Source: Camelus dromedarius | Lineage: Eukaryota | DNA length: 64,000 nt | Reading direction: 5' to 3' | NCBI RefSeq assembly: GCF_036321535.1 | Contig: NC_087437.1 | Span: forward strand, 85,624,001 to 85,688,000 | Part shown: in pieces, positions 13,391-24,215 of the stretch | How positions within the stretch are numbered: position 1 is the stretch's first letter | Layout: each line of letters opens with the position of its first letter | Translations under genes and position numbers: made by a program | Notes under the pieces: model-generated | The model's input: only the letters and a program-made list of their open reading frames with translations | Database searches by the model: none | Told to the model about the DNA's origin: nothing

Positions 13391-15265
13391 CACAGCACCT
13401 GACCAAGGTGCAGTGAGGGGGCACGATCCGCCCACCTGCCTCGCCCAAGCGCAGCATCTGACTGCAACATCGGGAGGGAGAATGACCTGCCCGCCCACTG
13501 GTGCCAGAGAAATATGAGCAATATGAAGAAGCAGAGGAACCATTCCCAATTAAAAGGTCAAGAGAAATCCCCTGAAAGCACGATCAAGGAAATAGACATT
13601 GATGGCCTACTAGATCAAGATTTCAAAAAAGGACAGATCAAAGTACTGAAGGAACTAAAAGAAATAGTGTTTACAGATATAAAATATTTCAAAAATGAAA
13701 TAGAAGCTATAAAGAAGAACCAAGTAGAATTAGTAAACTCATTTGCTGAGATTAGAGCTGACCTAAAGGCTGTGCAAAGCAGGCTAGATAATGCAGAGGA
13801 ACAAATAAGTGACCTAGAAGACAGGACAACAGAAAGCACCCAATCAGAACAGCTGAGAGAAAAACAAATAAAAAACAATGAAAACAATATAAGGGACCTA
13901 TGGGATAATATAAAGTGTGCCAATCTACACATAATAGGGGTTCCAGAAGGGGAACAAAGAACAAAGGGAGTTGAAAAGGTATTGGAAGAAATCATGACTG
14001 AAAACTTCCCAAACCTAAAGAAGGAATCAGATATCCAAATACAGGAGGCTCAGAGGGTCCCAAACAGGAAGAACCCAGACAGATTCACACCAAGACATAT
14101 TATAATCAAGATGGCCAGAGTCAAGGATAAAGAAATGATCCTAAAGGCAGCAAGAGAACAACAAAGAGTGAGTTACAAGGGAACCCCCATAAAGCTTTCA
14201 GCTGATTTCTCTACAGAAACACTACAGGCCAGAAGGGAGTGGCAAGATATATTCAAAGTCCTGAGTGAAAAAAAGATGCAGCCTAGGATACTCTATCCAG
14301 CAAGGTTATCCTTTAGAATAGAAGGAGAGATAAAGAACTTCACAGACAAGCAAAAACTAAAAGAGTTTAGCAACACTAAACCCATGCTAAAAGAAATATT
14401 AACAGGTCTACTCCAAATAGAAAAGAAGCAGGATGCTACAAAAATGAGAAATTCATAACTGGAAAGGTGATAACTACCATGAATTACAAATAGAATAAAC
14501 ACAAATGGTAAAAGAAGACATCTAAGTCATTAAGAGTGGGAGAGGGAAGCAAGGAAAACCATTGTGGAAAACAGTATGGAGATTCCTCAAAAGACTAGGA
14601 ATAGACTTACCATACAACCCAGGAATCTGGCTCCTGGGCATATATCGAGAAGGAACCCTACTTCAAAAAGACACCTGCACCCCAATGTTCATAGCAGCAC
14701 TATTTACACTATTTACAATAGCCAAGACATGGAAACAGCCTAAATGTCCATCAACAGATGACTGAATAAAGAAGATGTGGTATATTTATAAAATGGAATA
14801 CTATTCAGCCATAAAAATCAACAACATAATGCCATTTGTAGCAACATGGATGTTCCTGGAGAATGTCACTCTAAGTGAAGTAAGCCAGAAAGAGAAAGAA
14901 AAATACCATATGATATCGCTCATATGTGGAATCTAAAATTTAAAAAAATCACAAACAAACAAAACATAAATACAAAACAGAAACAGACTCATAGACATAG
15001 AATACAAAGTTGTGATTGCCAAGGGGGCGGGGGGTGGGAAGGGACAGACTGGGATTTTAAAATGTAGAATAGATAAACAAGATTATACTATATAGCACAG
15101 GGAAATATATATAAGATCTTGTCGTGGCTCACAGCAAAAAAAAATGTGACAATGAATATATGTATGTTCATGTATAAGTGAAAAATTGTGCTCTACACTG
15201 GAATTTGACACAACATTGTAAAATGACTATTACTCAATAAAAAAATGTTAAAAATAAAAAAAAAA
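13391..15265 (+). mobile_element. Internally deleted LINE-1 (intact ORF1, ORF2 C-terminal stub, 3'UTR, polyA); half-L1-like
   Basis: 18-bp TSD gaaaa(a/c)tactaccataaa at 13373-13390 and 15266-15283. About 120 bp of 5'UTR, ORF1 and ~100 bp of inter-ORF sequence are joined at ~14559 directly to the ORF2 '[10 protein letters not shown]' region. 3'UTR and A-tail follow. Confidence 0.95.
13514..14458 (+). CDS. ORF1: LINE-1 ORF1p (RNA-binding/chaperone protein), uninterrupted 314 aa
   Basis: Coiled-coil heptads (AVQSRLDNAEEQISDLEDRT), RRM motifs NLHIIGVPEGE and TPRHIIIK, C-terminal ARREWQDIFKVL...YPARLSF; no stops or frameshifts. Confidence 0.93.
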   Translation: MSNMKKQRNHSQLKGQEKSPESTIKEIDIDGLLDQDFKKGQIKVLKELKEIVFTDIKYFKNEIEAIKKNQVELVNSFAEIRADLKAVQSRLDNAEEQISDLEDRTTESTQSEQLREKQIKNNENNIRDLWDNIKCANLHIIGVPEGEQRTKGVEKVLEEIMTENFPNLKKESDIQIQEAQRVPNRKNPDRFTPRHIIIKMARVKDKEMILKAAREQQRVSYKGTPIKLSADFSTETLQARREWQDIFKVLSEKKMQPRILYPARLSFRIEGEIKNFTDKQKLKEFSNTKPMLKEILTGLLQIEKKQDATKMRNS

Positions 15266-15309
15266 GAAAACTACTACCATAAAGTCCATCAGTGTTATTA
15301 AAAAAAAAA

Positions 15310-18040
15310 AAACATAAAAAAACCCCTCTGCTTTGATCAATGAGATCATTTCCACATGTAGCAACATCATAGCATCTTTTATAGTAGAAGGTTATTACAA
15401 GACACCCTAAAGAACTTGAACATAAGGGCCATTTGAGAGCATCCACCTTTTTAGGTAAGAAATTCATTGCTTCCAGTTTCCTTTAATCATGAACCATAGC
15501 AAATGTGCAGCAAGTATGAGTATAAATGTCAACAGGTTTTATAAAAGGCAAGACTATAAAGTCTTAAGGAGGGCAATAAGTTCATCTGTTTCATGAACAC
15601 AGATTCATGAAAGTGTAGTTGACTGGTGATTTTGAGGATAACCCTCACTCAGGAGGAAGATGGTCATTGTTCTTCTATAGAGAAATTCTTTCCTAAGGAA
15701 AGCATTTGGGATAAGCATAATTGTTGTAACTCTTTAAAATGCTTTTGGTCCCTGTGGGCAAAAAAATGAAATAAAATGATGAACTCCTTTTTAATTCAAA
15801 TATTGATGAGGAGGCTAGTATAAAAGTATTGATAATGCTGAATAAAAGATAAAATATCCTGGAAATAGATTCATACAATGTTCTGAGAATTTGAGAAAAT
15901 CAAGAGAAACTTTCAGTGTAGCCTTAGATAATTCTAATCCAAGATACTGGAGAACTTGATATGAAAAAGAACATAAGAATAGACAACAAAGATTAACTGA
16001 ATAATTGATCGACTGCTTGATAGAGAAAATAAGGTAGTATATAAATGCTACTGCCTAGTAGGCATGGATTTCAGAAAAAATATGTAAGTGAGTTAATTTC
16101 AAAGGGAATAGAAAGCAGTTTTATCACAATTACTATATACATATGTAATAAAGACCCATGTTTCTTTAATGACATATGTGCTTTTTCATGATTCTATATA
16201 GAAAGGCTGTAAGGGAAATTTGAGAAGTGTTTTAGTAGAAGTTATCATTGTCTTAAATGAATGTATATATTAAATTAGTATTAGCCTATTAGGTGTTGAG
16301 AACAAAAATGGACAATAGAGAAGGATCTCTTGTAACGTGGTTATTTGGAGAATAGATTCTGAGAAGTACATCAATTACATCAGAATCATCCATCATTCCC
16401 ACTAAAGAGAAAACTCTAAATAGATTCTATCTGTGGTAAAACTGATCACATAACTAAACTTAAAAAACAGAGGTTTCATTCTAATAATAACCAGAGAAGC
16501 AATTTTGTATGTGCATATCAATCTATGATAGAATCACCTGTCTCCCAAAAAAGAAACTATAAGGACAAGACAAGATCTGATGAAAACTTTTGGTGGAGCA
16601 GTCTCTAGCTCTGTGATAGGCTGTTAGCCTTAGATACCATTTAAGTATGCTAAATACGTAAGTACCAGTCTGGCCTAGTGGTAATAACAAAAATAATGAA
16701 GCATAAATATTAGTAAAATTCCCCTATGCTGTCCGAAAGGAGAACGTATCCATTGTGCATTTTCAGTATTATTCTAATCTAGATTTAGACTTTGGAGAGG
16801 TTTGTGAATACAGAGTTGATTGAAGTTTTTTTGTTTTTTTTTAATAGACCTTTCTTTTCCAGAGAATCCAAATTCCATAAGAGACTTTTTAAAAAATCCT
16901 GCCCATTTGCCATTTTGTATCTCTACCTTTTTGTATGAGGTTTTGGTTCGCTTGCTGAAATTTCAAAGCCTTTGATTTATAAAACCATAAGTTTATATTT
17001 AATAAGTTCTCTTTTCTTGGGGAAATTTTTGCAAATTCTGATTAGATACCATAATAAATTCCGTTAATGGTTTGGGCCACCAAACAACACAGGTGAATCA
17101 CAATTTTCCTTAAACATTAGCAAGTGAAACAAAATGAAAGCAGCCAACACCACCTCCAGAACAATTTCAGAGGCATTTTTCCTTTTAGTCAACTATTTTA
17201 CTCTTTTATTTTGCTTGCAAATATAATTAGATGTCCCAGGTATTAGTCCAGTAAGCTCTGCGGATACACTGCACAGTATATTCTTACAGAGCAAGTGGTT
17301 GGTATACTTGTTGAGACCCAGTTTTACTACCAGGGTACCTTCAGTGGGTTAATTTCCTTCTTTTATGATCAAGTTACAAAGATCTCTATTAAATGCATAA
17401 ATAAGTTGATCCCTTTCTATCCAGAATTATAAAATGTTATATAATCTCAATTAAAGTCTCCTGAATATTTTTGAGTCTTCTCAGAGGGTGCTAAATCTTT
17501 TACTGAATTCCGGAAATCATGGGTGTCCACATAATATGTACGTGTATCATGGCAAAACCATCCTCAACCAGGCAAGAGAGTTCTAAAGATACTGGCATAA
17601 TTTCAGTGGTTGGGGTTCTAGTAATAAGTCTGGCTTTAAACTGTAGATGGACTTGAAATGAAGATTATCTTAATTGGAAGTGGCAGGTGTCCTCCATATG
17701 AAGAGGAGGCAGCCCATTAAGGGGTGATCATGATTGAAGAATAAGGCAGTGAGGCACCTCCAGCTTGGGCTTATACATTGCTGTCATTGTGATCAGGTAA
17801 AGGTACTTCATTTAAAATCACTGATTAATAAATAAATGTACAGAGGATCAGGGTGACATAGTTAATAAGATTTAAATAAATGTTGTGCCCTAATAACATA
17901 AAAGAAACATTATTTTCAATTGTCTGTAAATGACTCAGTTCATGTTTGTTACTAGCCTAATCAACTACAATAACAGCACCAAGTCCTTTACCAAAACTTA
18001 ACCACTAGGATCCCACAAACGCGGGAGAGAAGAGCTCCAA
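15310..18040 (-). pseudogene. L: Endogenous viral element: degraded L gene (RdRp) fragment of a Mononegavirales-like negative-strand RNA virus
   Basis: Manual minus-strand translation gives colinear L-like motifs: GHP (17528-17520); LIYAFNRDLCNLIIKEGN*P (~17405-17346); RNLLWYL (~17065); NLIQKGRDTKWQMGRIF*KVSYGIWIL (16942-16862); LDLE*Y*NAQW (16782-16750, needs two 1-nt indels); KETWVFITYVYSN (16167-16129); LKLTHLHIFSE (16102-16070); KWPLCSSSLGCLVITFYYKRCYDVATCG (15434-15351). Many stops and frameshifts; ends approximate. Confidence 0.75.
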
Positions 18041-18051
18041 GCAAAAGGAAA

Positions 18052-18275
18052 GTGGTCTGCTGGTTTGTGTTTAACAACCAGCTCTCTAAAACAAAACAAA
18101 ACCAAGCCAAACAAATAAACAACAAAGTAAAATATTTATACGTGGTATTCACTGATTTCTATGGTATGAAAACTCCCTTCATGGTCAGTTTCAAGCTATT
18201 AATAGAATACGACTAAAAATGGCATCGGGAAGGGAGACACAAAATTGAGTTGTATGAGGTGCCTCTGGAATATCG
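18052..18275. mobile_element. hAT-type DNA transposon MITE (MER63-like)
   Basis: tgctggtttgtgtttaacaaccagctct...aaaactcccttcatggtcagtttcaagcta...gggaagggagacac resembles the MER63 consensus as I recall it. Confidence 0.65.
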
Positions 18276-19300
18276 TGGGAAGATTTGCAGTGAGTAGAGT
18301 ACCCCCAGGCAGTGGGCTCCATGATGACAGGGCCACTGACTAGCCTGACAACTGCAAACTGCTTCTCACATATAAATAGTGCTCAGTAAATAGCTGTTAA
18401 ATAAATGAGTACCTCAAATGAGTTACTGTAATTTCTGAGTTACTTAAAACACATTTAGAGTACTTTACTCAGTGATGGATTTTACAATTTAGTAAGGATA
18501 TAGACACAATGGAAATATATGAGGGGATGATGATAAAAATACGGATGTAAAATAATAATATCTAACAACAGATATACCTGAAGGAAATAAGATTTTCCTT
18601 ATTGAAGTGGAAATTTAGAGATTACACAATAACCACATTCAAATATTTAAAGTGTCATTTTGAAAGAGATACTTGATTTTCCTATGCATGACTAAGAAAT
18701 AAAAATAAAAAGAAATATTATATGCAGACTTCATTTGGCTTACTATGAAGATCTTTTTCAATAATTTGAACCCATCAAAGACATAATAAAACTCTGTAAC
18801 AATTAAGGAATCCATTAGCATTGGTTCAAGGAAAGGAAAAAAACTGTTAAAAATCTTATTCTGTAAATTCAAATGTCTAGTATAAGGTTAGAATGTATAT
18901 CCCAAAGTCCTCTGCAATTTTTAGATTTTATGATTATGTGTAAATAAATTCTCACAGCAGAGAGATGTAGACATTCCCTCCGATCCTAAATGAATTACTG
19001 TATGTTATACATTCTCCCCACAGATGAAATTTTTCTACTCTTACGAAGATGAATGGCATATTGTCTCTAGTCATAACTCAGAGGAAGGCTGCTTAATTTG
19101 GTTTCTGAAAAGCCAGTGCTCTAACTCATATGTACTGCATTTAGAGAAAATGAATACTTTATTTACATGATTATAAAGCATGTTTTCTTTTCATATTATC
19201 TGAAAGTATTTTTGTTTGAATATTTTTGTTTTGAAATATTCTTTATATCATATATATATATGCATATAGGTATGTGTAAATATATATGTACATATATATA

Positions 19301-19690
19301 TAGTTGACCCTTGACCCTGACCAGTTGAAAATCTGCCTATAGCTTTTGACTTAGCCCCAAACTTAACTACTAATATCTCACTCTTGACCTTAAGCCTTAC
19401 TGATAATATCAACAATTGATTAACACATGTTCTGTTTATGTATTACACACTCTATTCTTATAATAAGCTATGGAAAATAAAATGTTATTTTAAAAAGTCA
19501 TAAAAGGAAGAGAAAAAACATTTACAGTGTTGTACTGTATTTATCAGTATTTCTAGGCTACATGGTCTTCTGTAAGCTTTTTTAAAAATTGTCATAAATC
19601 TCCAAAAGTTTTTCTAACATTTATTGAAAAAAAAATTCCACTTATAAGTGGACCTGTACAGTTCACAGTCATGTTGTTCAAGGGAACTAT
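19301..19690 (-). mobile_element. Tigger2-derived non-autonomous element (Tigger2a/MER28-like)
   Basis: Terminal inverted repeats tagttgacccttga ... tgttgttcaagggaacta; preceded by a (TA)n tract; internal Tigger2a-like text. Confidence 0.8.
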
Positions 19691-20124
19691 GTATATGAAA
19701 CACAAAACGCTTTTCTAAACCTCTTCATATATTTTTATAGATAAGCATACCTGAGACCCACCCCCTCAATGGGGTGCATGTACACCTCACTTGGAAAGAA
19801 TGCTTCCTCACTGGGAGCTTTGTCTTTCTCTAGTTTATATATTCTAGTATTCTTTTTCACCCTGTCATTTGAAAATGCTATGTTGGCCTCTTTTTTGCTT
19901 TTTAAAATAAAATACAGTAATTGTACTAATGTTACTATTTTTGTACATGTATTTCCATGTTAAAATATGATGATGAAGACACTTCTTTGATGAGGAACTA
20001 ATTTTTGAGCAAGGCATTTATTACCTTAGACTGTCAAAATTGTTACCTAGAAAATGCTTCATTTTCTTTAAAGAATCTAAAATCGCCTCTATTTCTATAA
20101 TCTATATTCTGCAAGAAAATTATT

Positions 20125-20390
20125 TCAGTAGTTTATAAACATTCTTTGAGCTGTTACTATATACCAAGCCATAAGCTAGGCACTGGTGACACAGAGGAAT
20201 AAAACTTCAGGCATAAGACCTAGTTAACAGACACCATCATCTAAAGTGCTGTTAAAATTTATACTCACTGGGCCCCAGTTACAGTATGGGTGCAAAGGCA
20301 GAGTGATTTATTCCATCAAGAAGATGGCAGAGAGGGAATCTTTTACAGAGAAGGTAATGTTTGACCACTTTAAGAAAGAGAAGTAAAACT
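20125..20390 (-). mobile_element. LINE-2 3' fragment
   Basis: aaacattctttgagctgttactatataccaagccataagctaggcactggtgacacagagg is an antisense L2 end. Confidence 0.6.
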
Positions 20391-20829
20391 CACAAAAGTC
20401 TCGTGTATCTCATCATTTGTTACCTTTTTTAAAAACCAAGATACCTAATACACATATAGAAGGCATAGTTACCATAGTAATAATTCATACGGTTCTATCT
20501 TTACATGTTTAAATTACTTACAACATCCTTAAATGTCATTTACTTTCAAATGATTAAAAAAAATTAAGATATGTGGAGAGCAGATATTTTATTTGTAAAA
20601 ATATTCTATGACAGTTCTTCCAAATCTAGAATTTTATTAAATTATTGAACTAATTACTTCATTTTTCAATAAGTATAATTTTTGCAAACCCATCAGGTAC
20701 CAAATACACCTAAGAAAATTATGCAGAGAAAAGTTCCCCAAGTTTTTCAAATTCAAGGTCTTTTGTTAAGAACAGAGAAACACAAATGTGACTGAACTAT
20801 ACTATAATTTAAAAAAAATAGTTTTTATA

Positions 20830-21940
20830 ACTCACCCTGCTGAAAACAAAAACTACCTATTTCTCCTCAGTTTACTTGACCTTACAGCTTTACTAAATAA
20901 ACCCTGTGGGCAACTCCCTCCCAGAAATACACTCCCTTCAGACTGCATTTCCCTCTCTCTGTCAGTTCCTCTGGCTTGTCACAAAGACGACTCTACGTTG
21001 CATCTCAAATTTCTGTTTTCAAACTTCTACTCTAACAGACACCACTGCCTCCTTAGGCATCTCCTCTACTCTCATGACGTCAGTTATCAGGTGTGTGAGG
21101 AAGTGGACATCTCCAGCACAGATCCTTCGTCCTAGATGTTCATCTGCATCTCTCACGGAGCCAAAAATTTCACTCCCCATACTCTTCCCCACAAAGTGCT
21201 TGTCTTCATTTATTTCTTCTATCAGAAAATAGTGCACTGTGGAAGATATCTAGGTATCTGGTCAATGTTCTTGTCCTTTCTCAAATCCTCGTTTCCTATA
21301 TGTTTAATCCACTGTCAAAATATTTTTTTTAATGTCAGACAGTGTTTGTTCATATCAAAATACATAGGCATAGGCAGGGACACTTGCCTTTTGAACAATA
21401 CAAAAGAAATGCAATTAAGAACAAGGTTATTAACACAAAAGGCTACTTCAGTCTGAAGTGGTTTGTTCATCTAGGAGCATTGAGGAGAGCTATGGGAGTT
21501 GTCACTGCTAAAATGTGGCCCATTGCCACAGTCTACATACACTGTCTCATTGAATCCTCACATCAAGGTGTGTTTCATATCTTTAAATGATCCTACTTTT
21601 CCAAGGTCTCACAGCTTCACCTTCATTCTATTAGCTTACATCAAGATACTCACAATTATACATGTAACCCATTAGGCCAAATGGCCCTTTTGCCATTGCT
21701 AGATTCCAACAAGTCTTTGGCCTCTGCATGAAGTGCTCCCACCCCTGGCTTGGGACTCACTCACTTGTATGGCTGGCTCCCTCAAATTCACATCTCAGCG
21801 TTAAGGACAACCCAAGCTTCCCATGAACATTCCACGCAGGACCCATTACCCTGTTTTAACTAAAGTTTATTTTTCTAGAATTATCCTTGACCATGCATGC
21901 TTAGGTCACTGTGGAATGCCTAGCACCTACGGTTTTTGAA
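20830..21940 (+). mobile_element. LINE-2 fragments
   Basis: ttctcctcagtttacttgaccttacagc...ctcccttcagactgc..., ending ggaatgcctagcacc; L2-like by eye. Confidence 0.55.
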
Positions 21941-23419
21941 GATACAGATAGTCAAAATGTTATCTCTATATGGGAATATTTTGTATATTAAAATAGCTGC
22001 AAGAAACAGTTCCAGAGACCCAAACATTTACATTATCTTAATACTTGGGCAAATTCACAATGTAACTGGCCTCTAAACTACATGCTTGCTGGTTTCAGGA
22101 GTCTCTCCTGAGCTGCCTTGTGTGTTCTATGGATCCAAAATCAAATTATCTTCACAAGGTAGGGAAACAAACACTTAAGGGGGGAAAAATAGGATTCATC
22201 ATAACAATTTGGCAAAAATTTTGATATTTTCACCATGACATTTAAATACAGGCTTGAGAACAATATATTCTTGCAGCTGTTCAGGGAACAGGATCATGCA
22301 GGGGGCCAAGCCATCTAGGTTCCATCAGGTTCTATTCCTGTTCACACAAAATCCATTCTGTGCGATGTTTGACTAGTTTTAATCCAGACTGTCTTATCAG
22401 TGACCTTCCCTCATGACCGCAGCTAATCAAAAACTCCTTTTAATTATTCTGCTTTACTGTGCTCTCTTCCTTTATTTTCAGGATAGTCTTCCTCATGCCT
22501 CAGCTTGAACATCCTGACTTTCAAAATTACAATTACACTAGGACTACATATTCTATGATTTGACTAGTAATAAGATTTATCATATTGATTCCTGGCATTC
22601 TTTTCCCCAGTAATTCCTTTCTTTCCACTTTGGTCTGACTTCTGTGAATCCAGTAATCGCTGGTACCCAGCACAAAGCCTTTGTGTTCATACCTCTCCTT
22701 ACTCCTGTGCTCAATTTCCAAACTGAATCATCTTATCTCTCCATAAAAACATTACTAAGAATTTTTCCATGAGTGTCAATATAAACTTTCACTCAGTTTT
22801 AATTACAGTTATGCATTTTAAATTCAAACAGGTGACCAACAGAATAATCCATAGTCAGAATAATTTGATGAGAAGGTAAATGGAAAACATAGAATGGACC
22901 ATTAAAAAATTTTAGTTTCATCTGCATTTCTGCATTTAAAATAGTAATATATCTGAGAAGTAAACTTGTAAGCAGGTTGTTACTCTCTTAGGTAATGTCT
23001 GACATGATGATTATATGGAAATGGCTTGAATCTTATGGATATATTCATCTCGATTTGATGTTGGTTCATAATCTATTTAAGAAATTAAAAATCAGTATAA
23101 TTTGTCTTGGTAAAACAAAATTGTATGTTTCCTTCCTATGTCTGTAAAATGAAGAGCTTTTTCTGATCACTAGCTTTTTTATACAATAGACCAGTAAATC
23201 TCATGGTACTAGTGAGAAATAGTTACACCTTAGTAACTTCACAGCAAACTGGCCTCTTTCAACAAGCAGATATCAACCCCCAATTCAAAATGAAGCTGCG
23301 AGTCAGTGCTTCATTATAATGCATCTAAAGTGCATCTATACTATATCTATATATTAGCACGCATCAACCCCCAGGGTGCTGGTAAGATCGTCAGGTTTTG
23401 AACAACTAATTTTCCAGGA

Positions 23420-24215
23420 AATAGTCTCCCAGGTATTTTGGGATTTTCCTTTGCATCTCTTTTCCCAGATGTTTGAGGGTTTTCCTTCACATCTTAGTGT
23501 CTCCACATATCATCTCTGATATACCATTGAGAGAGAGTGTCATCTTTCCTACAATACAAGGGACAGCTCCCAAGTCCCGACCTAAAAGCAAATTATCGGT
23601 CTAGTACTCTCCATCTCCATAGCTGTTCCATGAGTTAGAGTCACAGTGCTCTCTTAACATCATAGAAAGCTACAGGGGTGTATCGTGATCAGATCAATCA
23701 TATTTTCTTAATGCAATAGCTTGTTAAATGTTATTCCCACCTCCTCACTTTATTTACCCATCTGTTTTTGTTATTTTATGACATACATCTGGCCATATCA
23801 ATCACCAACTAAAATCCTTTTGATTGTTTTTCATTGCCCTCAAAATAAAGACCAAACTTCTTCCTTGGACTTTAAAACCGTGCCTTATTCGATGCTCCCT
23901 CCCCTCTTCAGCTTTGCTTGATGTCACTCGTATGAAAACTCTCTACACTTCAGCTATCATGAATTTCTTTCAGTTCTTCTGCCTATACCATTTCCCTACC
24001 AAGGACATACAAACATACTTTTCTATTTGCAAGAAATGTATCTGCTTGACTTCTGCCTCACTTCTGCTTAAGCTAACAAACTAGTATTTATGTTTCCTGT
24101 CTCAGCTTTCCCCAACCACCCTTCTTCCAAGAATGTGATTTTTGACTCTAGCATCCATTTTTACTTTGGATTTAGTGCACCTGTAATTTTTTGTTTAATG
24201 AATGTCTTTCCTCTA
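23420..24215 (+). mobile_element. LINE-2 fragments
   Basis: cattgccctcaaaataaagaccaaacttcttccttgg..., typical L2 3' region text. Confidence 0.55.

Noticed and set aside
13615..14502. Antisense ORFs (126, 70 and 69 aa) overlapping L1 ORF1
   Set aside because: Typical antisense shadows of L1 ORF1.
16380..16460. Two candidate remnants of RdRp motif C (GDNQ): agtttagttatgtgatcag and GMMDDSDVI on the minus strand
   Set aside because: Each needs several indels or substitutions and neither has the expected spacing from putative motif B, so motif C is not called.
16520..16580. Plus-strand DRITCLPKKKL resembling bornavirus DRLTVLVPKEKELK
   Set aside because: Isolated with no colinear support on that strand, whereas the minus strand has a full motif series; treated as chance.
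16861..17340. Stop-poor plus-strand frame with N-x-S/T sequons suggesting a viral glycoprotein
   Set aside because: No cysteine pattern or homology recognised; best explained as the antisense shadow of the decayed L frame.
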